From assembly GCA_028718185.1 (NCBI GenBank), contig JAQUMH010000003.1, positions 8,961 through 72,960 on the forward strand: a DNA stretch of 64,000 nt, given 5' to 3'. The DNA comes from Elusimicrobiota bacterium. Its GTDB lineage: Bacteria; Elusimicrobiota; UBA8919. Position numbers and translations under genes: made by a program. Positions 10,538 through 20,388 of this stretch are shown in pieces. Below the pieces are notes generated by a model. It saw only the letters and a list, made by a program, of their open reading frames with translations. It ran no database searches and had not been told where the DNA came from. Position 1 is the first letter of the stretch. Each line of letters opens with the position of its first letter.

Positions 10538-11320
10538 TTAAATTGTTTTTTTACGGAACTGGCCTGGTGGTGTGCCAAAATGGTTTTTGAATATCCTTGA
10601 AAACTGATACTCGTCAATAAATCCAACTTCTTTGGAAATAACTTTTAATGGTAAATCTGTTGTAAAAATCATATTTTTAGCAGTTTCAACACGAAGTATT
10701 CTTAAATCATCCATTGGCGTTAGTCCTGTAAGTTTCTTATATTTTCTTAAAAAATGATTTTTACTCATACCGGCATAACTAGCCAAATCTTCTAATGTCA
10801 AATGTTTTTTCAAATTGTCCGTTATAAAACTTCTTATATCACTAATAATAGGATGTTCTTCTTTAGATTTAGAAATTTCTATTAATTCAGCTAATATTAC
10901 TTCAAAAATTTTCTTTTGTAGTAGACTTCTGTGAAGGGAAAATGGTTGACTTTTTTGATGCACCCACTGGGCTAAAAACCGGATTTTTTGGTTTATGTCA
11001 TGAGTTAAAACAGGTATCTCCAACTTTCCCTTTTCTTTCCATATAAAATAAATAAATTCAGGTGGATTACTACTATCAGGATGTTCGTTGTGATTTACTC
11101 CTTCATGATAAAACAAAATATCACCGGTATTTGCACAAATATTTTTCTTCAATATTTTAACATACATTGAACCATTAAGAATAACTACCATTTCATGATA
11201 TGGATGGTAATGGTTATCTCCTCCCCAGTTAGGGTCTGGATCAGCATGTCCTATATAAAGTAATTTATTAGTTTTATTTATTTTTAAACCAAACTTTTTA
11301 CTATAATGTTCTATTTTCAT
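10538..11320 (-). CDS. AraC-family transcriptional regulator (cupin-like N-terminal domain plus AraC HTH)
   Basis: The C-terminus 'LTLEDLASYAGMSKNHFLRKYKKLTGLTPMDDLRILRVETAKNMI...GFIDEYQFSRIFKNHFGTPPGQFRK' is a canonical AraC/XylS double HTH. The gene is divergent from the giant gene at 11509. Close paralog of 17961..18734. Confidence 0.93.
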   Translation of the reverse strand: MKIEHYSKKFGLKINKTNKLLYIGHADPDPNWGGDNHYHPYHEMVVILNGSMYVKILKKNICANTGDILFYHEGVNHNEHPDSSNPPEFIYFIWKEKGKLEIPVLTHDINQKIRFLAQWVHQKSQPFSLHRSLLQKKIFEVILAELIEISKSKEEHPIISDIRSFITDNLKKHLTLEDLASYAGMSKNHFLRKYKKLTGLTPMDDLRILRVETAKNMIFTTDLPLKVISKEVGFIDEYQFSRIFKNHFGTPPGQFRKKTI

Positions 11321-11357
11321 AGTGCGATTTTTGACAAAAAAATAGCGATTTTAGCCA

Positions 11358-11386
11358 TTGACGGTTTTTACTTTATACATTATACT
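11358..11386 (+). promoter_or_regulatory. Candidate sigma70-type promoter for 11509..16005
   Basis: TTGACG (11358-11363), a 17-nt spacer, then TATACT (11381-11386), about 120 nt upstream of the start codon. Confidence 0.4.
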
Positions 11387-11508
11387 TTAGTTAGAAGGAA
11401 CAAGAAAGAACATAAATACTATACAGATAAAATTTAAATTTGTCAATATCAATTTTTTAGATGAATTTAAAATTCATTATACATAACACAGTAAGACAGG
11501 AGTAAAAT

Positions 11509-14500
11509 ATGATTAAAACTTTTAAGCAGGTATTATTAGTTGCAGGGCTAACATTAACATTTAGCACAGTAGTAACTTCAGAACCGATAAAGCTTCATCC
11601 TGACAACAATCGTTACTTCATTTATAAAGGCAAGCCCACAGTCCTTATTACCTCTAATGAACATTACGGTGCAGTATTGAATAAAGATTTTGACTATATC
11701 GCATATTTGGATGAGCTCAAGAACAAGGGGCTTAATTATACTCTTATATTTACCGGAACTTATATTGAGCCGGCTGAGAATATAGCTACGGACACATTTA
11801 GGTGGTGGAATATTGATAATAATACTCTTGGTCCAACTAACAACAACTTTCTCTGTCCTTGGGCAAGAAGTACTACTCAAAAAGGATTTGCTGGGGATCC
11901 GAACAGTTACAAGTTTGACCTATCCAAGTGGGATGATGCAGGCACACCGGCTAATTCATATTTTCCCCGTCTAAGAGATTTTATTAAGCAAGCTGATGAT
12001 AGAGGTATAGCGGTAGTAATTGTCTTTTTCCTTCCTTTTAATGAGGCAAGTTTTGGTAAAATGTGGGAACGCTCTCCTATGAATGGTGGTAGTGGAATTA
12101 AAAATGGTCTCCCTGGTGTAGGTAATGATATTGACGGTATAAGTAATAATGTTAACAATGCAGGAAACATTGCGTATTTAACTTCCACTGGCGACGATAG
12201 TATTTGGGATATTCGCGATAATGGTTTGCATAATGACGGTTTGACGGTCTATATGTCTTCTATGGTTACTAAAATAGTTCAGGAATTGAATGAATTTGAC
12301 AATGTCATTTATCAGTCGATTGGAGAGTCTTGGTTTGGTGGTGGTACTAGGGGAATTGAATTTGATAATTACATCATCTCTAAATTTGTCACGACAGAGG
12401 CAGCACTTCCGAAAAAACACCTTATTTGTCAAGCCAGAGATATAGGTTGGGCACCAAATTTTAACATCAATCCGAATGCGTCTCTTTTTTTCTACTCTGG
12501 TCCTCCACTTAATACTATAGTAAAAAATTACTTCCATAATATCCCTATAGGGGTTGATGAGATTACATATCTGGGCATAGCCGATGTTTCATATCGTTGT
12601 TTTGGATGGAAATGGATAATGGCTGGCGGTGCAGTATATGCCGTGCTTGACTTAACATTTACTCCGGGTCCGGGAGGTGGTTCAGGTTTAAAGGTTCTAC
12701 CTTACTATACCTCCCGCTACGATTACTTCACCAACAAATCGCTCTCGTTCACCATAGGAGGCGGAGGTCCGGCATTACGTACTCAAATGGGGGTTTTGAA
12801 GAGTTTTATGGATAGTTTTGATTTTGTAAACATGCACCCTGATAATTCAATTATAACAGGAGCTCTTCCATCTGGAACAACTGCGTGGGCGTTGGTTCAG
12901 GATGGCAAACAATATGCTATTTATATACAAGGGAACATACCATCTCTTAATGTTAATCTACAAGGAGTCACAGGCACCTATAAAGTAGAATGGATTAATA
13001 CTAAAACAGGGAACATAGATAAAACAGAGACATTTTCACACACCGGAGGTACAAAAGTACTGACTCCACCGAGTTATACTGAGGATATAGCATTACGGAT
13101 ACTGAGTAATGTTACACCAAATACTGCCCCAACAGTAAATTTGCAAAAACCTACAAATGGACAATCCTTCACTACTGGTTCAAATATATTAATAGAAGCA
13201 ACAGCATCTGATGATGGTGCTGTTACAAAAGTAGATTTTTATAATGGCTCTAATTTTTTAGGAACAGATAATAGTTCACCATATAATTATACATGGAATA
13301 GTGTTTCAAAAGGTAATTATACCATAAGTGTGGTAGCAACCGACAATGGTAGTCCAGCATTAACAGGGACTGCACAGGTTAGTATTGTAGTCACAGATTC
13401 TGGTAATGCATCGCCTACAGCAAGTATAACCGCACCATCAAATGGAGCAACATATAAGATAGGTGATTTAGTAACGATAAGTGGAACTGCGTATGACAGT
13501 GATGGAACAATAACCAATGTAAAAATTTATGCAGGTAGTTCCTTGATTGGGATAATTAACGTTTCACCATATACCATAACATGGTCAACGACAGCAGCGG
13601 CTAATTACAGTCTAACAGCAGTAGCAACGGATGACAAGGGAGCAACTGGAACATCACCAGCAGTAACAATAACCGTAACACCTGAGGGGAAAATAAATTT
13701 AGCATTAGGAAAGACAGCGACAGCATCATCAGTAGAAACAGGATGGGGCAATGATAATGCAAGTTACGCAGTAGACGGAGATATGGGAACTCGATGGGCA
13801 TCACAATATCCGTATAGTGATACAGAATGGATATATGTAGATTTAGGAGCAACCTATAACATAACAGAAGTAATATTAAAATGGGAAGCAGCATATGGAG
13901 CAAATTACCAGATACAAGTATCAGACAATCATACAGACTGGACAACAATAGCTACAAAGACAGGAGGAACGGGAGGAACAGATGATATTATACCATCAAT
14001 AAGTGGCAGTGGAAGATATGTCCGTATGAATGGTATAGCAAGAGGACCTTACGGATATTCGTTATATGAGTTTGAGATATATGGTACTTTGGTAGGAGGG
14101 AATAGACCGCCAACAACAAGCATAACCGCACCAACAAACGGAGCTACATATAACACAGGTACTTTAGTAACTATAAGTGGAACTGCAAATGACACTGATG
14201 GAACGATAAGCAATGTAAAGTTTTATGCCGGTACTACATTACTCGGAACAGACACCAGTTCACCATATTCCATAACATGGACACCGACAGTAGCATCAAG
14301 TTACAATTTAACAGCAGTAGCAACAGACAATGGTAATGCAACAGGAACATCATCTGTTGTAACTATAACAGTCACAAATCCTGCTAATGCATCACCTACA
14401 GCAAGTATAACTGCACCAACAAACGGAACAACGTATAACACGGGTGATTTAGTAACAATAAGTGGTAGTGCGAATGACAGTGATGGAACGATAGCCAATG

Positions 14501-16005
14501 TAAAGTTTTATGCAGGCAGTACTTTGATTGGTACAGACAACGTTTCTCCATATACCATAACATGGACACCGACAGTAGCAGCTAGTTACAATTTAACAAC
14601 AGTAGCAACAGACAATGGTAATGCAACAGGAACATCATCAGTTGTAACTATAACGGTAAGTGCCGATACAACATCACCCGTAATAAGTGGAGTAACACCA
14701 ACTACCATAACCGGTAATGAAGCAGTGATAATCTGGACAACAAATGAGCCATCAGATTCACAGGTAGCATATGGACTAACAACTGCAATGGGGAGCACAA
14801 CCACATTAAATGCGGCACTTTTAACCAACCACAACGTTACCCTTAGCAATTTGAAAAAAGGGAAGACCTATTATTACAGAATTTACAGCCGTGACTCATC
14901 TGGTAACCTCGCAACATCGTCACAGTATAGTTTTAAGACATCTAACAACATAAGGCAAAGCATATATACCTATTACTACGATGATGGAACAACCACAGTA
15001 GCGACCAAGGTAGGTGCATCACCATCTATGAGCTTGAAGTTCAAGTTACAGGTATATAATTTAGATTTAGGTGAGAACATCATAGCAACGGATTACACTG
15101 GCACCATAACACTTAAAACAAAGAACAGCAATGGCGAAGAATTGGATACAGTTGATACGACGTTAATTGAGACAGATGCAGGAGAGAAAGAGGTCAGTGT
15201 CCCGTTCAATAGTAATATAAATACAGTAGAGCTTACAGGTGACGTAACAGCGCCGATATTGATAAAGTTCAGTGATATGTATATAGCAAAGTTAGTGGGC
15301 TACCAGGGTGGTTCAATACGGGGAGCTAACGGATTAAAGATAATAATACCTACAGGTGTCCTGTCCGCGAACAAATATCTTGCCTCAATACGAACGAGTG
15401 CAGTGCCGTCAGCAAATAATACAATGAAATATGTTAACACAGTAAATCCCATATGTTATGATTTTGGCGAGTTAACATTTAATAATAATACTCCAATGCT
15501 GCTAAACCAGAATTTTACAAGAGCAGTTAACATAACAATACCTTATGCATCAGCGGATATAGGTACGTTAAAGGAAGATGGACTTAGAATCTACTATTGG
15601 ACTGGTTCAGATTGGGAGATAGTAACAGGAGTGCAGACAGTAGATAAAACAAACAAAACAGTAACAGCGAAAGTAAACCATTTTTCAACATACCGGATAT
15701 TAGGTAGTTATTTATCTGTTGATTTAAGTAATGTCCGGGTGTATCCGAATCCATATAATTTTACTACAGCAGTTCAAGGTAAATTAAAGGTGATAAATCT
15801 TCCAATAAATAGTATAATGAAACTGTATAGCGTAGATGGTGAATTAGTTAGAGAGCTCAAAGAGCTCGATTATGGTAACCTTGGTCGGATAGAGTGGGAT
15901 GGCAAAGATGGTAATGGTGACAAAGTAGGCAGAGGAGTGTATATCTACCAGGTAGAAGACGCTGCCGGAAAAAAGAAGACAGGGAAGATAGGATTAGTCA
16001 AATAG
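11509..16005 (+). CDS. Giant secreted protein with a glycoside-hydrolase-like N-terminal region (family unassigned), 5 Ig-like domains, a discoidin (F5/8 type C) domain, Fn3, a conserved stalk and a FlgD-Ig/T9SS type-A-like CTD
   Basis: AGGAG RBS and a signal peptide (LLVAGLTLTFSTVVTS). 'NLALGKTATASS...AVDGDMGTRWAS...WIYVDLG...YEFEIYG' is a discoidin/CBM32-type domain. Repeated 'ASITAPxNGxTYxxGxLVTISGxAxDxDGTIxNVKFYAG...SPYxITW' units are Ig-like modules. The last ~360 aa are near-identical to the ends of 3..6377 and 29730..39326. Confidence 0.92.
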   Translation: MIKTFKQVLLVAGLTLTFSTVVTSEPIKLHPDNNRYFIYKGKPTVLITSNEHYGAVLNKDFDYIAYLDELKNKGLNYTLIFTGTYIEPAENIATDTFRWWNIDNNTLGPTNNNFLCPWARSTTQKGFAGDPNSYKFDLSKWDDAGTPANSYFPRLRDFIKQADDRGIAVVIVFFLPFNEASFGKMWERSPMNGGSGIKNGLPGVGNDIDGISNNVNNAGNIAYLTSTGDDSIWDIRDNGLHNDGLTVYMSSMVTKIVQELNEFDNVIYQSIGESWFGGGTRGIEFDNYIISKFVTTEAALPKKHLICQARDIGWAPNFNINPNASLFFYSGPPLNTIVKNYFHNIPIGVDEITYLGIADVSYRCFGWKWIMAGGAVYAVLDLTFTPGPGGGSGLKVLPYYTSRYDYFTNKSLSFTIGGGGPALRTQMGVLKSFMDSFDFVNMHPDNSIITGALPSGTTAWALVQDGKQYAIYIQGNIPSLNVNLQGVTGTYKVEWINTKTGNIDKTETFSHTGGTKVLTPPSYTEDIALRILSNVTPNTAPTVNLQKPTNGQSFTTGSNILIEATASDDGAVTKVDFYNGSNFLGTDNSSPYNYTWNSVSKGNYTISVVATDNGSPALTGTAQVSIVVTDSGNASPTASITAPSNGATYKIGDLVTISGTAYDSDGTITNVKIYAGSSLIGIINVSPYTITWSTTAAANYSLTAVATDDKGATGTSPAVTITVTPEGKINLALGKTATASSVETGWGNDNASYAVDGDMGTRWASQYPYSDTEWIYVDLGATYNITEVILKWEAAYGANYQIQVSDNHTDWTTIATKTGGTGGTDDIIPSISGSGRYVRMNGIARGPYGYSLYEFEIYGTLVGGNRPPTTSITAPTNGATYNTGTLVTISGTANDTDGTISNVKFYAGTTLLGTDTSSPYSITWTPTVASSYNLTAVATDNGNATGTSSVVTITVTNPANASPTASITAPTNGTTYNTGDLVTISGSANDSDGTIANVKFYAGSTLIGTDNVSPYTITWTPTVAASYNLTTVATDNGNATGTSSVVTITVSADTTSPVISGVTPTTITGNEAVIIWTTNEPSDSQVAYGLTTAMGSTTTLNAALLTNHNVTLSNLKKGKTYYYRIYSRDSSGNLATSSQYSFKTSNNIRQSIYTYYYDDGTTTVATKVGASPSMSLKFKLQVYNLDLGENIIATDYTGTITLKTKNSNGEELDTVDTTLIETDAGEKEVSVPFNSNINTVELTGDVTAPILIKFSDMYIAKLVGYQGGSIRGANGLKIIIPTGVLSANKYLASIRTSAVPSANNTMKYVNTVNPICYDFGELTFNNNTPMLLNQNFTRAVNITIPYASADIGTLKEDGLRIYYWTGSDWEIVTGVQTVDKTNKTVTAKVNHFSTYRILGSYLSVDLSNVRVYPNPYNFTTAVQGKLKVINLPINSIMKLYSVDGELVRELKELDYGNLGRIEWDGKDGNGDKVGRGVYIYQVEDAAGKKKTGKIGLVK

Positions 16006-16119
16006 TCCTTGGTCAAAAGTTCAATGTCAGATAAAGATTAATATTGAGATTAAGATTAAGAACATAAGAGCATAAGAACATGGGGACGTAAGAACATTAT
16101 ATTAAATGGAGGATGGATT

Positions 16120-17889
16120 ATGAAATGGAAAGGTTTTTTGAGAGTAGCATTATTAATAACTGTGGCTATTGGTTTTTTGGTAAATGTTTCTACGGCAGCA
16201 GTAATGTATGATGCTTTTGTGGAAAACTCATTGGTAAGTATATACCGGGATAAAGTATTTACCGGTAAAACTAAATCCATGGAATTATATGCAGCGAAAG
16301 ACGAATATGAACCAGCACAAATAGTTATAATACCAAAAGGCAAAGAAGACCTGAAAGGTATAAAGATTGAATTTACAGACCTTAACGGTAAATTACCGGA
16401 TAATACACCAATTAAAATAAGTAAGGCTAATTTTGAATATCATCCTGCGGCATGGATAAATATAGATGAAGCAAAGTATGGTTTTCGTGACTGGAGTGAA
16501 GGACAAAAACAATCGTTCCTAAACGCACGGCGTCTTAAGGGGATAGATGAAGTTACCGGATTGCGTTCTGACCCGTTAAGATTAGACAAAGTATTTGATG
16601 CACATCCTGATAAAAATAATATAGTTTGGCTTACTTTATATGTGCCGAAAGATACGGTAGCAGGAACATATACAGGGACAGTTTCTATTATTCCCAAAAA
16701 TGGAAAACGGACAGAAGTAAAGGTTTCATTAAAAGTATGGGATTTTGTTTTAATGAAAGAATGTCCTGTAGGACTAATTCCTTGGGGCGGAGATTATGGA
16801 AATGGTGCCAAAGCCGTAGGGATATCTGATTATGAATATGCAAAGATAATAGCAAAACACATGGTTAAACTTCATCGCGGAAATTCATATTTGGCGTGGA
16901 GTCCGCCATACGAAGGTCCTTATGATACTTTTAACAAGCAGACAGAAGAACTTATGCAACTCGGGATGAATAAGTTTTGGATTTTTATAGATATGCGGTA
17001 TTTTTACCCTGCAGGACCGCTTCGTATTAAAAACAATGATGAACGCATGGGACCGGAACGCCAGGCAATACTTAAAAAATTATATAATTATTTAAAAGAG
17101 AAAAGCTGGTTGGATAATTTTATGTTAGTAACATGGGACGAACCCGACTTTCTAAAAACAGGCATTCTTGAGAAGTGGCAGCAATCACAACAAGAGATAA
17201 AAGATGCCGGATTTACTAATTTTCAATCAGATTTTACCGGTCGTGCTTTAGGATGTCTTGATAAAATGATAGGCTACGCCGGTATATGGACCGCTCATAT
17301 GGGACTTTGGGAAGGCGAGATAACAAATTTTTTACTAGCACGTAAAAAAGCAGGCGATAGAATAGGCTGGTATTGGGGTGCCACTTTAGTTGCTCCCGGT
17401 TATATGATGCATCATCTTTTAATAGAACAGAGAAACATTTATTGGCTTGCTTATAAATATAATATTGATTTATTTGCTATTTGGAATTATGACCAGGGAT
17501 TTAGAGGATATGACTATGGTGAGCGGGACGGTGTGAAGACTTTTTGGAAAACCAATGAAGAGTCATTCCCGATAACTACTCTGACAAGAAATTATGTTTA
17601 TCCCAACCCCACGCTGGATAAAAACAATCCTATTTTAAGTTCAATACGGGAAGAAGTCTTGCGTGACGGCAGAGAAGACAATTGTTATCTGTATATGTTA
17701 GGCCGGTTAATTGAGAAGCATAAAAAAGATGGAAATACACAACTTGCAAAAGAAGGAGAGGATGTTCTTACCGAAAGCATGAACATGGTTGCTAAAAGTG
17801 CAACTGATTACTCTACAAATCCTTCTGATATATATCAAGCGAAAAAAATGGTAGCAGAAGCTATTTTAAAACTTTCAAATAAAAAATAA
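16120..17889 (+). CDS. Secreted protein, possibly DUF4091/GH123-like glycoside hydrolase
   Basis: GGAGGA RBS and a signal peptide. 'YAAKDEYEPAQIVIIPKG' and 'LVTWDEPD' resemble motifs I associate with DUF4091-type enzymes. Family assignment is tentative. Confidence 0.8.
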   Translation: MKWKGFLRVALLITVAIGFLVNVSTAAVMYDAFVENSLVSIYRDKVFTGKTKSMELYAAKDEYEPAQIVIIPKGKEDLKGIKIEFTDLNGKLPDNTPIKISKANFEYHPAAWINIDEAKYGFRDWSEGQKQSFLNARRLKGIDEVTGLRSDPLRLDKVFDAHPDKNNIVWLTLYVPKDTVAGTYTGTVSIIPKNGKRTEVKVSLKVWDFVLMKECPVGLIPWGGDYGNGAKAVGISDYEYAKIIAKHMVKLHRGNSYLAWSPPYEGPYDTFNKQTEELMQLGMNKFWIFIDMRYFYPAGPLRIKNNDERMGPERQAILKKLYNYLKEKSWLDNFMLVTWDEPDFLKTGILEKWQQSQQEIKDAGFTNFQSDFTGRALGCLDKMIGYAGIWTAHMGLWEGEITNFLLARKKAGDRIGWYWGATLVAPGYMMHHLLIEQRNIYWLAYKYNIDLFAIWNYDQGFRGYDYGERDGVKTFWKTNEESFPITTLTRNYVYPNPTLDKNNPILSSIREEVLRDGREDNCYLYMLGRLIEKHKKDGNTQLAKEGEDVLTESMNMVAKSATDYSTNPSDIYQAKKMVAEAILKLSNKK

Positions 17890-17960
17890 TTTAATTTTAA
17901 CTATCTGATGTTCTCGGTTCGTAGTAATGCCCCTTGAAGTTAAGGGTCAGTTACATTTTG

Positions 17961-18734
17961 TTAAAGGTAAGATGCCTTTTTACGGAACTGGCCTGGAGGT
18001 GTTCCAAAATGATTTCTAAATATTCTTGAAAGGTGATGTTCGTTAGCAAAACCTACTCCCTTAGAAATTGTTTTTAATGACAAATCTGTTGAAAATATCA
18101 TATCTTTGGCAGTTTCAACACGAATTATTCTTAAATCATCCATCGGTGTTTGTCCCGTAAGTTTTTTATATTTTTTTAAAAAATGATATTTACTCATACC
18201 GGCATGCTTAGCTAAATTTTCTAATGTCAAGTGTTCCTTTAAGTGTTCTTTCATAAAACTTCTTACCTTATCAATAATAGTATGCGGTTCTTTGGATTTA
18301 GAATTTTTTATTAACTCAGCTAATATAACTTCAAATATTTTACCTTGCAATATGCTCTTGTAAGGAGAACTTGTTTTTCTTTCTTCATATGCCCATTTAG
18401 CTAAAAGACGTATTCTTTTACTTATATCGTGGGTTAAAATAGGAACCTCAAGCTTTCGTTTTTCTTTCCATGCAAAAACAATAATTTCAGCAGGAGTAGT
18501 GCTGGTAAGGCGTTCTCTGTGATTTAATCCTGCAGGATAAAGCAGGACATCACCGGGGCTTGCATGAATATCTTTTTTTGATATTTTAACACATATTGAG
18601 CCCTTAATAAGAACTACCATTTCATGGAATGGATGATAATGTTTTTGTATTTTACGGTCAGGGTATGGATCAATACACCCTACATAAATTAATTTATTGG
18701 TTTTTTTTTCTTTCAAACTGTAATCTAGTTTCAT
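17961..18734 (-). CDS. AraC-family transcriptional regulator, paralog of 10538..11320
   Basis: Collinear with 10538..11320 over the whole length, with the same cupin-like 'HYHPFHEMVV' core and AraC HTH tail 'GFANEHHLSRIFRNHFGTPPGQFRKK'. Confidence 0.93.
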   Translation of the reverse strand: MKLDYSLKEKKTNKLIYVGCIDPYPDRKIQKHYHPFHEMVVLIKGSICVKISKKDIHASPGDVLLYPAGLNHRERLTSTTPAEIIVFAWKEKRKLEVPILTHDISKRIRLLAKWAYEERKTSSPYKSILQGKIFEVILAELIKNSKSKEPHTIIDKVRSFMKEHLKEHLTLENLAKHAGMSKYHFLKKYKKLTGQTPMDDLRIIRVETAKDMIFSTDLSLKTISKGVGFANEHHLSRIFRNHFGTPPGQFRKKASYL

Positions 18735-18815
18735 ATAAAAGTTTTTGACAAAATAACAACGATTTCTAATATTATATAAAAAGATTAAAATATTGCAATA
18801 GCGATTTTTTTAATC

Positions 18816-18844
18816 TTGAAAATATCAAAAGTATGTTATATAAT
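18816..18844 (+). promoter_or_regulatory. Candidate promoter for the AraC gene 18880..19776
   Basis: TTGAAA (18816-18821), a 17-nt spacer, then TATAAT (18839-18844). It shares the CAAAAGTATGTTATA block with the candidate promoters at 19781 and 28036. Confidence 0.4.
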
Positions 18845-18879
18845 AACAGATAGTAAGAAGATAAGTAGAGGATATTTAT

Positions 18880-19776
18880 ATGAATAAAAATTCGCCTGTA
18901 AATGATAATGATTGGTATCCTGTTCCATTTTCAGTAAAAGATTTTCCTTTTGCAATAGCCACTACAGTTGATCTTGCTGTGCGTAGTAAGTATTATCATT
19001 TTCATCCCTTTGCTATGGAGTTTCAATATATCCGTTCCGGTAAAGGTTTTTACTTTATTAACGATAAATCAAATACTTTTAAAGATAAATCAATATTTAT
19101 TATTCATGGGCGGGATATTCATACCTATATAAAAGGAAAAAATCCTTCTCGGGTAAATAAGACCACTCTATATTTTAAAAAATCCTTTTTTAAGGATTCT
19201 CTTTCACATCAGCCTTTTATAAAAAGTATTTTCGATTGTAATAAAAACTTCCCGCATCAGATATGTTTTAGTGAAAAAGAAGCAGACGATATAGAGTTAA
19301 TTTTACATATGCTTGAGAAAGAGTGGGAAAGGAAGGGAGAGAATTTCCGTGAGGTAATAAAATCTTTACTTACAACGTTTTTAGTGCTAATAAAAAGAAG
19401 TATGTCTAACAAGGAAAAAAATATCAGTTCTCTTAAAGAACATAATCCGATAATTGACGAAGTATTAGATTATATAGACAAACACTTCAAAGAACACATA
19501 ACGCTTCCTGATTTATCAAAGCAAGTGGGATATTCTTCTTATCATATAAGCCGGTTGTTTAAAAAATTTACCGGATTAAGTTTTAGGGAATTAGTAGATA
19601 ATAAAAGAGTAATAGAGGCAAAGCGTATTTTGGAAACAGACAATAGTAAGAAAGTTATTTCTATTGCATATGAAGTAGGTTTTTCAGATTTGAGCGCTTT
19701 TAATCGCAATTTTAAGCGTCTTACCAGCACAATCCCCTCTCTATACCGCAAGATTTGCGCACCCATTAACAAATAA
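18880..19776 (+). CDS. AraC-family transcriptional regulator (third, more divergent copy)
   Basis: The C-terminal 'ITLPDLSKQVGYSSYHISRLFKKFTGLSFRELVDNKRVIEAKRIL...GFSDLSAFNRNFKRL' is an AraC HTH. Confidence 0.9.
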   Translation: MNKNSPVNDNDWYPVPFSVKDFPFAIATTVDLAVRSKYYHFHPFAMEFQYIRSGKGFYFINDKSNTFKDKSIFIIHGRDIHTYIKGKNPSRVNKTTLYFKKSFFKDSLSHQPFIKSIFDCNKNFPHQICFSEKEADDIELILHMLEKEWERKGENFREVIKSLLTTFLVLIKRSMSNKEKNISSLKEHNPIIDEVLDYIDKHFKEHITLPDLSKQVGYSSYHISRLFKKFTGLSFRELVDNKRVIEAKRILETDNSKKVISIAYEVGFSDLSAFNRNFKRLTSTIPSLYRKICAPINK

Positions 19777-20323
19777 ATCCAAGACAAAAAATCAAAAGTG
19801 TGTTATAAGTATAGTAACAAGATAGTCCGAAGTCCTTGCTTGCCAACGACTTCTTGCCCGCCAAAGATTCAGTGGAGGGCGAAGTTCAATGTCCTATATC
19901 GTAGTCGCACCGTCTTACGGTGCCAATGAATCAATTGATAATTTCATTACACAATAGACACAAGAGAAGCTAAAAGCAAAATATTCTATGTTGTTTACCC
20001 CGCATACTGCGGGGTCATGTGCTCATCCGGTGCAGTTGCTCCGGATTCCGCGCATAGAATCCGAAAAGGCTGCTCCCGCGAAAGCGGGATGAGTTCGCAA
20101 AACCAAGGGCTAAGATAGATAACGCCAACAGGTTGCCGATAAGAGACAAATAAAGACAACGAACCACAAGCGGGTTACGCTCTTGTGGCGAGACCCAAAC
20201 TATCAAGCCAGCAAGGTTATCGAAAACAGAAGAAGTAGATTAGTGAATTAGTAGATTAGCGAATTAGGTTGAAAAAACTTAATTAACTGATATCTAGTTA
20301 ACTATAAGCTTCTTTTTTTATTC
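19748..20323 (+). ncRNA. Conserved structured leader/unknown RNA element, copy A, upstream of 20389..23577
   Basis: About 575 nt collinear with 28003..28580. Candidate promoter: AAGACA 19781-19786, 17 nt, TATAAG 19804-19809. An 82-nt near-identical core lies at 20061-20142. The hairpin CCCGC-GAAA-GCGGG here corresponds to CCCGA-GAAA-TCGGG in copy B, a compensatory pair change. No convincing ORF is present. Confidence 0.6.
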
Positions 20324-20388
20324 ACGGGATAGTTCTGAATTCTGAATCCTGTTTGCTGAATACTGAATTCTGTTACCCGGACAATTTT

